DNA of 64,000 nucleotides from Candidatus Multivoradales bacterium (lineage in GTDB: Bacteria > Acidobacteriota > Thermoanaerobaculia > Multivoradales > Multivoraceae), in NCBI GenBank assembly GCA_965223325.1, contig CBDCWI010000002.1, positions 3,904,001 to 3,968,000 on the forward strand. The letters are read 5' to 3'. The translations under genes were made by a program, and so were the position numbers. Under the pieces are notes generated by a model. The model saw only the letters and a program-made list of their open reading frames with translations, did not search any database and was not told the origin of the DNA. Positions 1-8,920 of the stretch are shown here, piece after piece. How positions within the stretch are numbered: position 1 is the first letter of the stretch; every line of letters starts with the position of its first letter.

Positions 1-1851
1 GGACTGGGAGCACTTCTCGACGCCGACGTTCGAGCCGGCAGCATTGTCTGGAACGCGATGCGTGATGACGACCTGGAGACCGCGCGCTGGGCGGCCATCG
101 CGTTCGCTAGAAGCACCGCTGATGGCACCCGCCTGGCTCAGGCGCTGGCGCAGCGGGCCGAAGGTGTCATTGATCCTGAAGCTCCGCCGAGCGAAGCCGA
201 GATCGACTTCTGGGCGCGGCTGCTGCCGGCCTTGGCGGTGCTCGAGTCGAGCCAGACGAGCCGCGATCTCGCCCGGGCGGCCTATCAGCGTCTCGCTGGT
301 TACGAGGTCGAACTTGCAGGGGTGGCTCTTGCCATTCTTCTCGAAGAAGACCCCGCGGCGAGCGAGCACGCTGAGCACGCACTTTCGTCCAGCGACCCAT
401 GGACCCGCTCTCTGGCCTGGACCTTCATCGGGCGCCATGGACCAGCTTCCACCTCGCTGCGTGAGACCGCCTTGGCGCGACCCGCTACAGAAGACCTGGA
501 TCTCGCCGAAGTGCGCGAAGCCGCCAGCATCGTCGCTGCGTTGGCGCGCCAGGTCGAGCGCGGGGTTGTGGCGCCGGCACCCGAGATCGCGTCGGTGCTC
601 GCGGCGTTGCTCGACCATCCTGCATTGATGGTGCGTTTCGCGGCGCTCGAGGCGGCGCGGTTCTGGCTACCCGAGCCCACGCTCACGGCGGCCTTGAGAG
701 AGCGCGTCGAAGCTGCAGATGCTGGTCTCCCCAAACAGTCGGCGAGTTCGGCGGTGCGGGAAGGGGCCGTGGCGCTCCTCAGCCTCGCGGCCGGCTCGGA
801 CAATCGGGCGGCCGATCTTATCCGTCGTTGTCTACGCAGTGGCCATACCGATCTGCGAGCTGCAGCGGCGGCGGCAGCAGTTCTCACCGCCGACCGAGAA
901 TTGCTCGGGCGACTCGAAGAAGCTCCCGAGCCGCTGGTTCAGGTTGCTCTAATGGAAGCCTGGGTCGAGGCGCTCCTGCGCTACCGGCCGCCTCCTTGGG
1001 ACCCAGCCCTGCGCGAGGCCGTGCAGCTGGTCATCGAGCCGCGGCTCCTGGGGAACGACTCTGGAGTTCGCAGTGCGGCCTGGGCGCTCGCCGCTCGATA
1101 CCCCGTCCTGCCGGTCGAGAGCCTTGCCGCGGGCCTTCAGCGTCTCGCCGGCAACCTCGACGAGACCCTCGAGTCGCGGCTACAAGCGGTTTCCGCTTTC
1201 GACGCCCTCGCGCGGGCCGAGCGGCTCGAGCGCGGCGCCGCGATTGCCAAGCTCGAAGAGCTGGCGGAGGACCCGTCCTGGCCGGTCCGGCGTGCCGCGA
1301 CGGCGGCCCTTCGGGCGCTCGATCGGCAGGTGGACCGGCCGGCGCGGCCCGTGGCTCATGCCCGGCAGCTCTATCGGGAGTGGGCGGAGCGCTTCGGCGG
1401 CCGCCGGATGCTCGAGATGGTGACTGAAGAGGGAGTCCTGCGCTTTGAGCTCGACTGTTCCCTGACCCCGCAGGCCTGCAGTAGCGTCTTTCAGTTGGCT
1501 GCGCAGGGGTACTACGACGACCTGGTGTTCGAGGGTGGCGAGCCGGGACGCATGCCGGCGGACAGCCGGCTCGTGCTCGGCAACAGTGGGGTCGCGGGTT
1601 GGCGGAGTCCCGGATATCGCATTCGGGATGAGCCCACGCCTGAGTTCTTTCTGCGCGCCGGCGTGCTCACTCTCGAGCGCCTGGCCCCAGACGCGGGGGC
1701 CGCTGGGCTCTCCGTCACCCTCGAACCACGACCGCAGGCGACGGCGAGCGAGGTGGCGCTGGGTCGCTTGATGGATAGCGACTTCGCGATTCTTGCCCGG
1801 CTCGGGCAGGGCAGCCGCGTTCACACCGTGCGGGAAGGCCGGAGCCGCTGA
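1..1851 (+). CDS. HEAT/ARM-repeat protein with C-terminal degenerate cyclophilin-like domain (5' end lies outside the window)
   Basis: Frame is open from base 1. Ala/Leu-rich HEAT-like repeats (DPSWPVRRAATAAL, DHPALMVRFAALEA). The C-terminus (VTEEGVLRFELDCSLTPQACSSVFQLAAQGYYDDLVF...SPGYRIRDE) resembles cyclophilin. Confidence 0.75.
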   Translation, partial: GLGALLDADVRAGSIVWNAMRDDDLETARWAAIAFARSTADGTRLAQALAQRAEGVIDPEAPPSEAEIDFWARLLPALAVLESSQTSRDLARAAYQRLAGYEVELAGVALAILLEEDPAASEHAEHALSSSDPWTRSLAWTFIGRHGPASTSLRETALARPATEDLDLAEVREAASIVAALARQVERGVVAPAPEIASVLAALLDHPALMVRFAALEAARFWLPEPTLTAALRERVEAADAGLPKQSASSAVREGAVALLSLAAGSDNRAADLIRRCLRSGHTDLRAAAAAAAVLTADRELLGRLEEAPEPLVQVALMEAWVEALLRYRPPPWDPALREAVQLVIEPRLLGNDSGVRSAAWALAARYPVLPVESLAAGLQRLAGNLDETLESRLQAVSAFDALARAERLERGAAIAKLEELAEDPSWPVRRAATAALRALDRQVDRPARPVAHARQLYREWAERFGGRRMLEMVTEEGVLRFELDCSLTPQACSSVFQLAAQGYYDDLVFEGGEPGRMPADSRLVLGNSGVAGWRSPGYRIRDEPTPEFFLRAGVLTLERLAPDAGAAGLSVTLEPRPQATASEVALGRLMDSDFAILARLGQGSRVHTVREGRSR

Positions 1852-2011
1852 GTATTGCCTCTGCCGGTGGCCCTTCCCGGTACGGTTTCTGCCCGGTACG
1901 ATGCGGGCCCCTGGCGGCTGACCCGAAACCGGGGATCAAACAGCAAGATTCGCGCATTCGCGAGGGTCCTGACGTTAGTTCGCTCGCCCCTTGGGCCCGG
2001 GCCGAAGCCCC

Positions 2012-2039
2012 TGAAACCCTGGTGTTCACCCTCCGTAAA
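2012..2039 (+). promoter_or_regulatory. SigW-type ECF promoter (TGAAAC-N16-CGTAAA), probably autoregulatory
   Basis: TGAAAC at 2012-2017, 16-nt spacer, CGTA at 2034-2037, just upstream of the ECF sigma ATG. Matches the B. subtilis SigW consensus. Confidence 0.7.
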
Positions 2040-2054
2040 AGGTCGCAGAGAGGT

Positions 2055-2627
2055 ATGGCAGAGACCGACGAAGAACTCGTGGCAGCCGTCCTCCAGGGCA
2101 AAGAGGATTGCTTCCGTGAGCTCGTTCTCCGTTACCAGGGTCGGATCGTCAACTATCTCAACCGTTCCCTTCGGGACATTGAGGAGTCGCGCGACCTCGC
2201 CCAGGAAGTCTTCGTTCGCGTCCACCGAGCGTTGGATCGCTTCGATCCGACCTACCGCTTCTCGACTTGGCTCTTCCGGGTCGCGCAGAACGCCGCCATC
2301 GACCGTATTCGAAAGCGACGTCTGCAGACCGTTTCGATGCATCGCTCCGACAAGGACGAAGGTGGGGGCGGTGACTGGGAGTTCGAAAGCCCCGAGCGTG
2401 ACCCCTACGGTGACCTTCGTAACGTCGAGCGCGGCCAGGCGATTCACTCAGCAGTCAATGGTCTTGCCAACGAATACCGAGAACTCATCATGTTGCGCCA
2501 TTTCGGAGAACTCTCCTACGACGAAATCGCCGAGCTGAAGAAAATGCCGCTGGGCACGGTCAAGAACAAGCTCTTCCGCGCCCGCCAGATGCTCAAACAA
2601 GAACTCTCCGACTACCTGACCGACTGA
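2055..2627 (+). CDS. ECF RNA polymerase sigma factor (SigW/RpoE-like)
   Basis: Region 2 DLAQEVFVRV/FSTWLFRVAQNAAID; region 4 LSYDEIAELKKMPLGTVKNKLFRAR; GAGAGG RBS before ATG 2055. Confidence 0.93.
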   Translation: MAETDEELVAAVLQGKEDCFRELVLRYQGRIVNYLNRSLRDIEESRDLAQEVFVRVHRALDRFDPTYRFSTWLFRVAQNAAIDRIRKRRLQTVSMHRSDKDEGGGGDWEFESPERDPYGDLRNVERGQAIHSAVNGLANEYRELIMLRHFGELSYDEIAELKKMPLGTVKNKLFRARQMLKQELSDYLTD

Positions 2628-2708
2628 ACCGAAGCTTTCTCGAACCAACCTTCTAGGCGCCAGAGCCCAATCTGAGTCCCATCGCCCCTCCTCGCCCCGA
2701 GGCCTGCC

Positions 2709-3260
2709 ATGAACAAACCCCGCCAGCCAGCCGACCCAGCCCCATCTGATTCGATCGGAGATCCCGTCGATCGCCGTCTCGATCTTCTCTTGGGTGAGCT
2801 GGTTGTTCCTGTCGAATCAGGCTTCACCGAGCAGGTCATGCGCCGGGTCATGGCTCGGGAGCCGGAGGTCCTGCCTTCGGTCGACTGGTTTGGCGAGTCC
2901 GAAGCGAGTCGCGGTCGATTGTTGGCTCGCCCTGGTTGGCTGGCAGCCGGACTGCTGGCCGCCTTCCTTGGAATCGCCGCTGTACTCGGAGGGTTAGGTG
3001 GCGGCTCGGCCTCCGCCTCGGTGCTCGCTGCGCTGACTGACTTCGCTGGAACCTCACTAGCAGCAGGTGCCGGTCTGCTCGGCGCTTCCTGGCAGGGCAT
3101 AGGCGGTGTGCTCGCGGCCTGGCTCGGTGAGTCGATCTGGAACCTGCTGCTCTTCGGTGGCGTTGTCCTCGGCCTCGACGTCTTGTTCTTCATGATGATT
3201 CGCCGTCGCCGCCACAGCGCTTCGGTTACAGCTTCAACGCGACTGAGCGACCCAGACTGA
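2709..3260 (+). CDS. Putative membrane anti-sigma factor
   Basis: Directly after the ECF sigma. VPVESGFTEQVMRRV resembles the RsiW-type P-x-x-F-x-x-x-VM segment, followed by hydrophobic helices. No HxxxCxxC zinc motif. Confidence 0.6.
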   Translation: MNKPRQPADPAPSDSIGDPVDRRLDLLLGELVVPVESGFTEQVMRRVMAREPEVLPSVDWFGESEASRGRLLARPGWLAAGLLAAFLGIAAVLGGLGGGSASASVLAALTDFAGTSLAAGAGLLGASWQGIGGVLAAWLGESIWNLLLFGGVVLGLDVLFFMMIRRRRHSASVTASTRLSDPD

Positions 3261-3324
3261 GCGACCCAGACTGAGCGACCCAGACTGAGCGACCCAGACT
3301 GAGCGACCGGCACTGAGCGACCCC
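3241..3324. repeat. Tandem repeat, 6 x 14 bp (GACTGAGCGACCCA)
   Basis: Four exact and two variant copies read directly; overlaps the stop codon of the anti-sigma gene. Confidence 0.95.
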
Positions 3325-3478
3325 GTTCGCCGGGCCTGGCACCGTGCCGGGGGGCGGCTTGCGAAGTCAACCAGGAACGAGGCCTCGAGGGTGTAGCGTT
3401 GACACCCTAGGGGTGCCCCCCGGCACCCGTGAGGACGTGAAGGAAACGTTCGCGGTGTACCGCTCGAGGAGAGCAGCT

Positions 3479-4396
3479 TTGACGCCCGAAAACAGTCCAT
3501 TACGGCTCGCTATGTGTGTGATGGTCATGGTGCTTGCGAGTGCCGGCGCTTTTGCCGCCACCGGTCAAGCGCCGGCAATGGTGCTCGAGCAGGGTTCTGT
3601 GACGTTTTCGCAGGTCGTGGCGATGTCACGCGATCTGATCATCGAGGGCGACTGTCGTGCGGGCGCGGCCGTCGTTGGAGGCTCGGCTCGGGTGCGAGGC
3701 ACCGTGGACGGTGATCTCGTAGTCCTCGGCGGGAGCGCAGCGCTCGAGGAGGGTGCGCGCATCAAGGGTGATGTCTTCGTGCTTGGCGGCACCCTAGAGT
3801 CCGCCGGCACCGCCACGGTAGACGGCCAGGCGGTCGCCTATCCAAGTGCACCGTCGACCTGGGTGCTGTTGCTCGAAGGACCGGCGCTCGGGCGCTCGGC
3901 TTTCGACCCGTTCGTTCTCGCCACGCGGCTCACCTTGCTAGCGGCCTGGCTCTTGGTCGGCGTGCTTTTGATGTCGGTGACCGGTCGCCAGATGGTGACG
4001 ACGGCAGACACGGTGGTAAGGGAGCCTGCGCGGTGCTTCTTCGTTGGCTTGACCGGAGTTCTAGCGGTGCTCATGACGATCCTGTTGTTCAGTTCGTTCG
4101 CGGCCGCGGTGGTGGGTGTGCCGATCGTTCTGCTTCTACTTCTGGGTGCCCTTTTGCTCAAGCTCTGGGGTACGGTGGCGGTGGTCTTGGCGTTCGGGCG
4201 CTTTGTCCTTGCGCGCCTGGGCCGCGCGCGAGAACTGCCGCTGACGGCAGTTCTGGCGGGTCTCTTGTCGTTGGGGCTGGTCAAGTTCCTGCCAATGATG
4301 GGAACCTGGGTCTGGACAGTTGTCACCCTGGTTGGGGTCGGCGCTGCCCTTTTGAGTAAATTCGGCCGCCGCGAGCCCTGGTTGATGCCCGCCTAG
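3479..4396 (+). CDS. Membrane protein with polymer-forming cytoskeletal (bactofilin-like beta-helix) domain
   Basis: Signal/TM segment, repeats VRGTVDGDLVVLGGSA / IKGDVFVLGGTL, then several TM helices. TTG start chosen from a GAGGAG RBS (the ORF extends to 3344). Confidence 0.75.
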   Translation: MTPENSPLRLAMCVMVMVLASAGAFAATGQAPAMVLEQGSVTFSQVVAMSRDLIIEGDCRAGAAVVGGSARVRGTVDGDLVVLGGSAALEEGARIKGDVFVLGGTLESAGTATVDGQAVAYPSAPSTWVLLLEGPALGRSAFDPFVLATRLTLLAAWLLVGVLLMSVTGRQMVTTADTVVREPARCFFVGLTGVLAVLMTILLFSSFAAAVVGVPIVLLLLLGALLLKLWGTVAVVLAFGRFVLARLGRARELPLTAVLAGLLSLGLVKFLPMMGTWVWTVVTLVGVGAALLSKFGRREPWLMPA

Positions 4397-4439
4397 CGCG
4401 CCCTTGAGAGGTAAGGAGTCTCGAAGCGTCGTTTGGCTG

Positions 4440-4469
4440 TTGACCGGGCCCTTCGAGGATCGTTAAACT
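4440..4469 (+). promoter_or_regulatory. Possible sigma70 promoter TTGACC-N18-TAAACT
   Basis: Near-consensus hexamers in the intergenic region upstream of the TPR gene. Confidence 0.4.
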
Positions 4470-4563
4470 AGATTTTGTAGAAAACCGGGGCGAGGTGCTT
4501 CGGCCGGGTGCTCGAGCCCTCACAGTCCAAAGGACTGGGGTCGCTCGAAAAGGAGTCAGACGC

Positions 4564-6396
4564 TTGTTCTGTCAGGTTTGTGGAACCCATCAGGCAGATG
4601 ATGTCGATCATTGCGGCAAGTGCGGGCACAAGCTGCTGGTGCTCTCCGGCATGCCCAGCCTGGTCGAGGAAACGATCGATTCCGGCGAGGAGTCGTTCTC
4701 GCTCGAAGAGCATCTCCTCGAACGGGTTTCGATCCTCGAAGAGGTCCTCAAGCGCACCGGCGAAACCGTCCGCAACATCCTGGGCGCCCTGCACAAGCAG
4801 GAAGAGAACATCCTGATCAACCATGCTGGCCTGGTCGCGTTGCGTGACCTGCTCGAGCAGAAGGCGATCATTGGCCGCGATGAGTGGAGCCAGCTCTGGG
4901 AGTCCAAGATGGACTACCAGCTCCTCTGCCTCGAGAAGCGTGAACGTTTCGGTTCGATCAAGGACAAGATCACCGGGCTCTTTCAAGGTGCCAAGCGCAA
5001 GCTCTTCCACCAGTATCTGGAAGAGGCTGAGTACGCACTCTACGCCTTCGACCTCGACAAGGCGATCGTCGGTCTCGAGGCGGCGTTCAAGCTCGACAAA
5101 GAGAACTATGAGCTGGCGCACTTCCTCGGCGAGACCTGGTTCAACCAGGGCCAGACCGAGCGTGCCCTGGGCTACTACCAGAAGGTCCTCGAGGCCAAAC
5201 CAGATCACTACGAAGGCCTCGTCTACAGCGGTGTGATTCACCACCAGCTCGGCAACAACGAACGCGCCAAGCTGCTGCTCGAACGCACCACTCAGCTCTA
5301 TCGCGACAACTTCCTGCCGCACTTCTCACTTGGTGCCGTGCTCGCCAGCGAAGGCCAGTTGGCCAAGGCAGTGGTGTACCTGTCGCGTGCCGTCGAGATC
5401 GACGCGGTTCCCGATGCGCACTACCTGCTTGGTTCCTGCTACTACGAGATGGGCAAACTCGGTCCGGCGTCGGAGGCACTCGCCGAAGCGGTCAAGCTCG
5501 ACCCGGCCTACGAAGAGTGTTACCACCTTCTGGGACTGACCTACCTCGATCGTCGCTGGAACCAGAAAGCCCTCAACGCCTTCCGCCAGGCGCAGCAGCT
5601 CAATCCCAAGAAGATGCACTACGAGCATCTGGTCTCGTACCTCTCAGGCCAGAGCGGCGAACTCCCTGCCCTTTCTGAAGAGGCACAGGTTCACGTTACT
5701 GCGGCCGAGAAGGCGTTGCACGCTGGGGCGCAGAAGAAGGCACTGGCCTGCTACCAGCGTGCTCTGGCGATCGAGCCAGAGAACCCGGCCGTTTTGATGG
5801 CGACGTCGCTGGCGTGCCTGCATCACGATCGCAACCACGAGAGCAAGGCGATCGCTGAGAAGGTCATCGAGCTCGACCCTGGCGAGATGCTGCGCGCCAC
5901 CGCCTACGCCACTCTGGTCGAGATCCTGCGCACCGAGGGTCAGTACCGCGAGGGCAACAGGATCGGCCGTCTGCTGCTCGAAGAAAGCACGACAGACTTC
6001 TCGCGCACCATCGCCTACTACGAACTCGCCTACAACCTCGCCGAGCTCGAGGAAGACCTCGACGAGGCACTCGACCTCGCCCGCCGTTCGCTCGACTCGT
6101 CGCCGGAAGAACTTCGACAGTTCCCGCTGGCGGTGCTCGGTTGGGTGCACTACAAGCGCGGCGAACTCGAGGAAGCCATCGATTTTCTCGAGCGCTCGAC
6201 CGGCCTGGCCGAAAGCTCCACCACCCTCACGCACCTCGGTATGGCTCTGCTCGCCCAGGGCGACGACGAGCGCGCCCGCGAAGCGCTCGATCGGGCGCAC
6301 CGGCTGAGTGACCGCGGTGGCGCTCTCGAGGAGCGCATGATGGAAGTCATGCGGGATTCGGCGAAGGTGCTCGAGCGCGTACGACGACGAGCGTAG
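4564..6396 (+). CDS. Zinc-ribbon + coiled-coil + TPR repeat protein
   Basis: N-terminal CQVCG...CGKCG, then many TPRs (AHYLLGSCYYEMG, CYHLLGLTYL). TTG 4564 follows AGGAG. Confidence 0.8.
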   Translation: MFCQVCGTHQADDVDHCGKCGHKLLVLSGMPSLVEETIDSGEESFSLEEHLLERVSILEEVLKRTGETVRNILGALHKQEENILINHAGLVALRDLLEQKAIIGRDEWSQLWESKMDYQLLCLEKRERFGSIKDKITGLFQGAKRKLFHQYLEEAEYALYAFDLDKAIVGLEAAFKLDKENYELAHFLGETWFNQGQTERALGYYQKVLEAKPDHYEGLVYSGVIHHQLGNNERAKLLLERTTQLYRDNFLPHFSLGAVLASEGQLAKAVVYLSRAVEIDAVPDAHYLLGSCYYEMGKLGPASEALAEAVKLDPAYEECYHLLGLTYLDRRWNQKALNAFRQAQQLNPKKMHYEHLVSYLSGQSGELPALSEEAQVHVTAAEKALHAGAQKKALACYQRALAIEPENPAVLMATSLACLHHDRNHESKAIAEKVIELDPGEMLRATAYATLVEILRTEGQYREGNRIGRLLLEESTTDFSRTIAYYELAYNLAELEEDLDEALDLARRSLDSSPEELRQFPLAVLGWVHYKRGELEEAIDFLERSTGLAESSTTLTHLGMALLAQGDDERAREALDRAHRLSDRGGALEERMMEVMRDSAKVLERVRRRA

Positions 6397-6467
6397 GCTC
6401 CCGAAGCCCCAGGGCGGCTGTGTGAGTATGATCCGGCGACTCGAAAGGCTTGCCAAGGAGCGACCCG

Positions 6468-8180
6468 ATGCGTTGGAGCCAGTACTACCTGCACACCACC
6501 CGTGAAGTGCCTTCAGACGCGGAGGTCACCAGCCACCGCCTGATGATGCGCACCGGCATGCTGCGCAAGCACGCCGCCGGCATCTACACCTACCAGCCCT
6601 TCTTCTGGCGTAGCCTGCGCAAGTTGATGGAGATCGTGCGCACCGAGCTCGACCGCGCCGGCGCGATTGAGCTGGCGATGCCCTTTGTGCAGCCGGCCGA
6701 GCTGTGGCGCGAGTCTGGTCGTTGGCGCGAGTACGGGCCGGAGCTCCGCCGCCTCGAAGATCGACACGAGCGCGACTTCTGTCTCGGCCCGACGCACGAG
6801 GAAATCATTACCGAGATCGTGCGTCGCGACGTACGCAGCTATCGCCAGCTGCCGGTGAACCTGTACCAGATTCAGACCAAGTTCCGCGACGAGGTACGGC
6901 CGCGTTTCGGTGTCATGCGGGCGCGCGAGTTCATCATGAAAGACGCCTACTCGTTCCACACCGACGAGGCGAGTCTCGACGAGGCCTACAGGGCGATGCA
7001 CGATGCCTACTGCAAGATCTTCGAGGCCTGCGGGCTCGACTACATCGTCGTCGAGGCCGACACCGGCTCGATCGGCGGTTCCTCGTCGCATGAGTTCATG
7101 GTGGTCGCCGAAACCGGCGAAGACGCGGTGGTGCGCTGCCCGGGTTGCGACTACGCGGCAAACGTCGAGAAGGCGACTACACGACTCTCTGCTTTTGCCG
7201 GAACAGGTGACGCGGGCGAGACCTACGAGACGGTCGACACGCCGGGCAAGGCAACGGTCACCGACGTTGCGGCGCAGTTGGGCATTGAGCCCTCCCAGAT
7301 GGTCAAGACCCTGATCTACGAGACCGATGCCGGTCTCGTTGCGGTGGCAATCCGCGGCGACCGCGAGATCAACGAGATCAAGCTCAAGAACGAAACCGGC
7401 GCCGAGTGGATCCGCCTCGCCGAGCCAGCTCAGGTAAAGCGCGCCACCGGCGCCCCCGTAGGCTTCGCCGGCCCCGTAGGTCTCGCAGACGACGTCCGCC
7501 TGCTTGCCGACCTGTCGACCGAAACCGACAAGAGCTTCGCCTGCGGCGCCAATGCCAACGACCAGCACCTCACCGGCGTGCAGTGGAAGCGCGACGCAAG
7601 TCCAGAGAAGTTCATCGACGTACTGCTGGTAGGCGCCGGCGACCTTTGCCCGAAGTGCGGCGAGCACCCTCTGGAGCTCTTCCGTGGCATAGAAGTCGGT
7701 CATATTTTCAAGCTCGGCACCAAGTACTCAGAAGCCATGGGTTGCAACTTCGCCGACGAAGACGGCCAGGACAAGCCGATGCTGATGGGCTGCTATGGCC
7801 TAGGGGTTACCCGCACGATCGCTGCGGCAATAGAGCAGGGAAACGACGACAACGGCATCATCTGGCCCCTGCCCCTGGCCCCCTTCCAGATCACCCTCCT
7901 GTCACTCAACGCCTCAAAAGACGAAGCAGTGCGCGAAGCCGCCGACGACCTGTACGAGACCTTGAAGGCGGCCAACTGGGAGGTGTTGTATGACGACCGT
8001 CCTGAGCGTCCAGGCGTCAAGTTCAAAGATGCCGATCTACTCGGAATCCCGCTGCGGTTGGTTGTTGGTGGGCGCTCGTTGGCTGAAGGCAACGTTGAGT
8101 TGGTGGAGCGTCGAGGCGGCGAGAAGGAGATGGTCGCTGTCGGTGATGTCTTGGCCGAAGCGGAACGTCGTTTGGGCTGA
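6468..8180 (+). CDS. proS: Proline--tRNA ligase (bacterial type with INS editing domain)
   Basis: LGPTHEE, YQIQTKFRDEVRPRFGVMRAREFIMKDAYSF, GIEVGHIFKLG, MGCYGLG; AAGGAG RBS. Confidence 0.98.
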   Translation: MRWSQYYLHTTREVPSDAEVTSHRLMMRTGMLRKHAAGIYTYQPFFWRSLRKLMEIVRTELDRAGAIELAMPFVQPAELWRESGRWREYGPELRRLEDRHERDFCLGPTHEEIITEIVRRDVRSYRQLPVNLYQIQTKFRDEVRPRFGVMRAREFIMKDAYSFHTDEASLDEAYRAMHDAYCKIFEACGLDYIVVEADTGSIGGSSSHEFMVVAETGEDAVVRCPGCDYAANVEKATTRLSAFAGTGDAGETYETVDTPGKATVTDVAAQLGIEPSQMVKTLIYETDAGLVAVAIRGDREINEIKLKNETGAEWIRLAEPAQVKRATGAPVGFAGPVGLADDVRLLADLSTETDKSFACGANANDQHLTGVQWKRDASPEKFIDVLLVGAGDLCPKCGEHPLELFRGIEVGHIFKLGTKYSEAMGCNFADEDGQDKPMLMGCYGLGVTRTIAAAIEQGNDDNGIIWPLPLAPFQITLLSLNASKDEAVREAADDLYETLKAANWEVLYDDRPERPGVKFKDADLLGIPLRLVVGGRSLAEGNVELVERRGGEKEMVAVGDVLAEAERRLG

Positions 8181-8232
8181 TTCGGGTTGTAGCGTTGATG
8201 TGGCGTGCCGTTGGCGTGGAGGTGTGCCAGGT

Positions 8233-8670
8233 CGCCGGGTGAGAACGGGGGACGTGCGCCTTCCGCGCCGCTCCAAGGCTGGTGTCGCGATGCAGTTCAG
8301 GTTGCTGACTGGGATCGTGTCATCGGCTTCGCCCTGATGGGAAGCGGCTGACCGCTCCCTGGACGCACGTCCCCCGCCCTCACCCTCTCGGTGTGATTCA
8401 CGGCCGTCAATGTGGTGGGGGGGGTGCACGCTCGTGCTTCGCACATCGCACTTGCTCTTCTGGGTAGTGGCGGCGACCCGGAGCCTGGGTGTTTGTACTT
8501 GTGGTCTGAAGTCGACGTTCGGTGAGCCCATCGAGTTAGCCGACTCGGTCTCGAGAATGCAGGTATGTCTCCAGCTTGGCCGCGGGCGCGATGTGCGAAG
8601 CACGAGCGTGCACCCCCCTCACCACACCCGGGGGGCAGCTCGGACAGCCCTGAGGGTTTCTCACCCGGCG
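8233..8670. repeat. Intergenic palindromic repeat element, related to the repeats at 14668-15046
   Basis: 39-bp inverted repeat 8411-8449 / 8588-8626 (1 mismatch) and 13-bp outer IR 8233-8245 / 8658-8670. 8240-8457 aligns by eye with 14670-14890. Confidence 0.8.
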
Positions 8671-8920
8671 CACGCCTAACCGCACCCCAATCCCGCCACC
8701 GTTCCACCAAGAGAATCCATCAAGAAAACAACCAACACCCTGATAACCTAAGAAACCCGTGATGGACGAATCCTCTGAATCCGCCTCCGAACCACCGTCT
8801 AGAAACACCTACGACGGCCAGCACGCGACTGAGTCCCCACGGATCGCAGCCACGCAGCGCGCGCTAGAACCAGTCCCGCCGCTCGCTAGAGCCTGCTCGC
8901 CGGACTAGTTCCCTGTCCTG

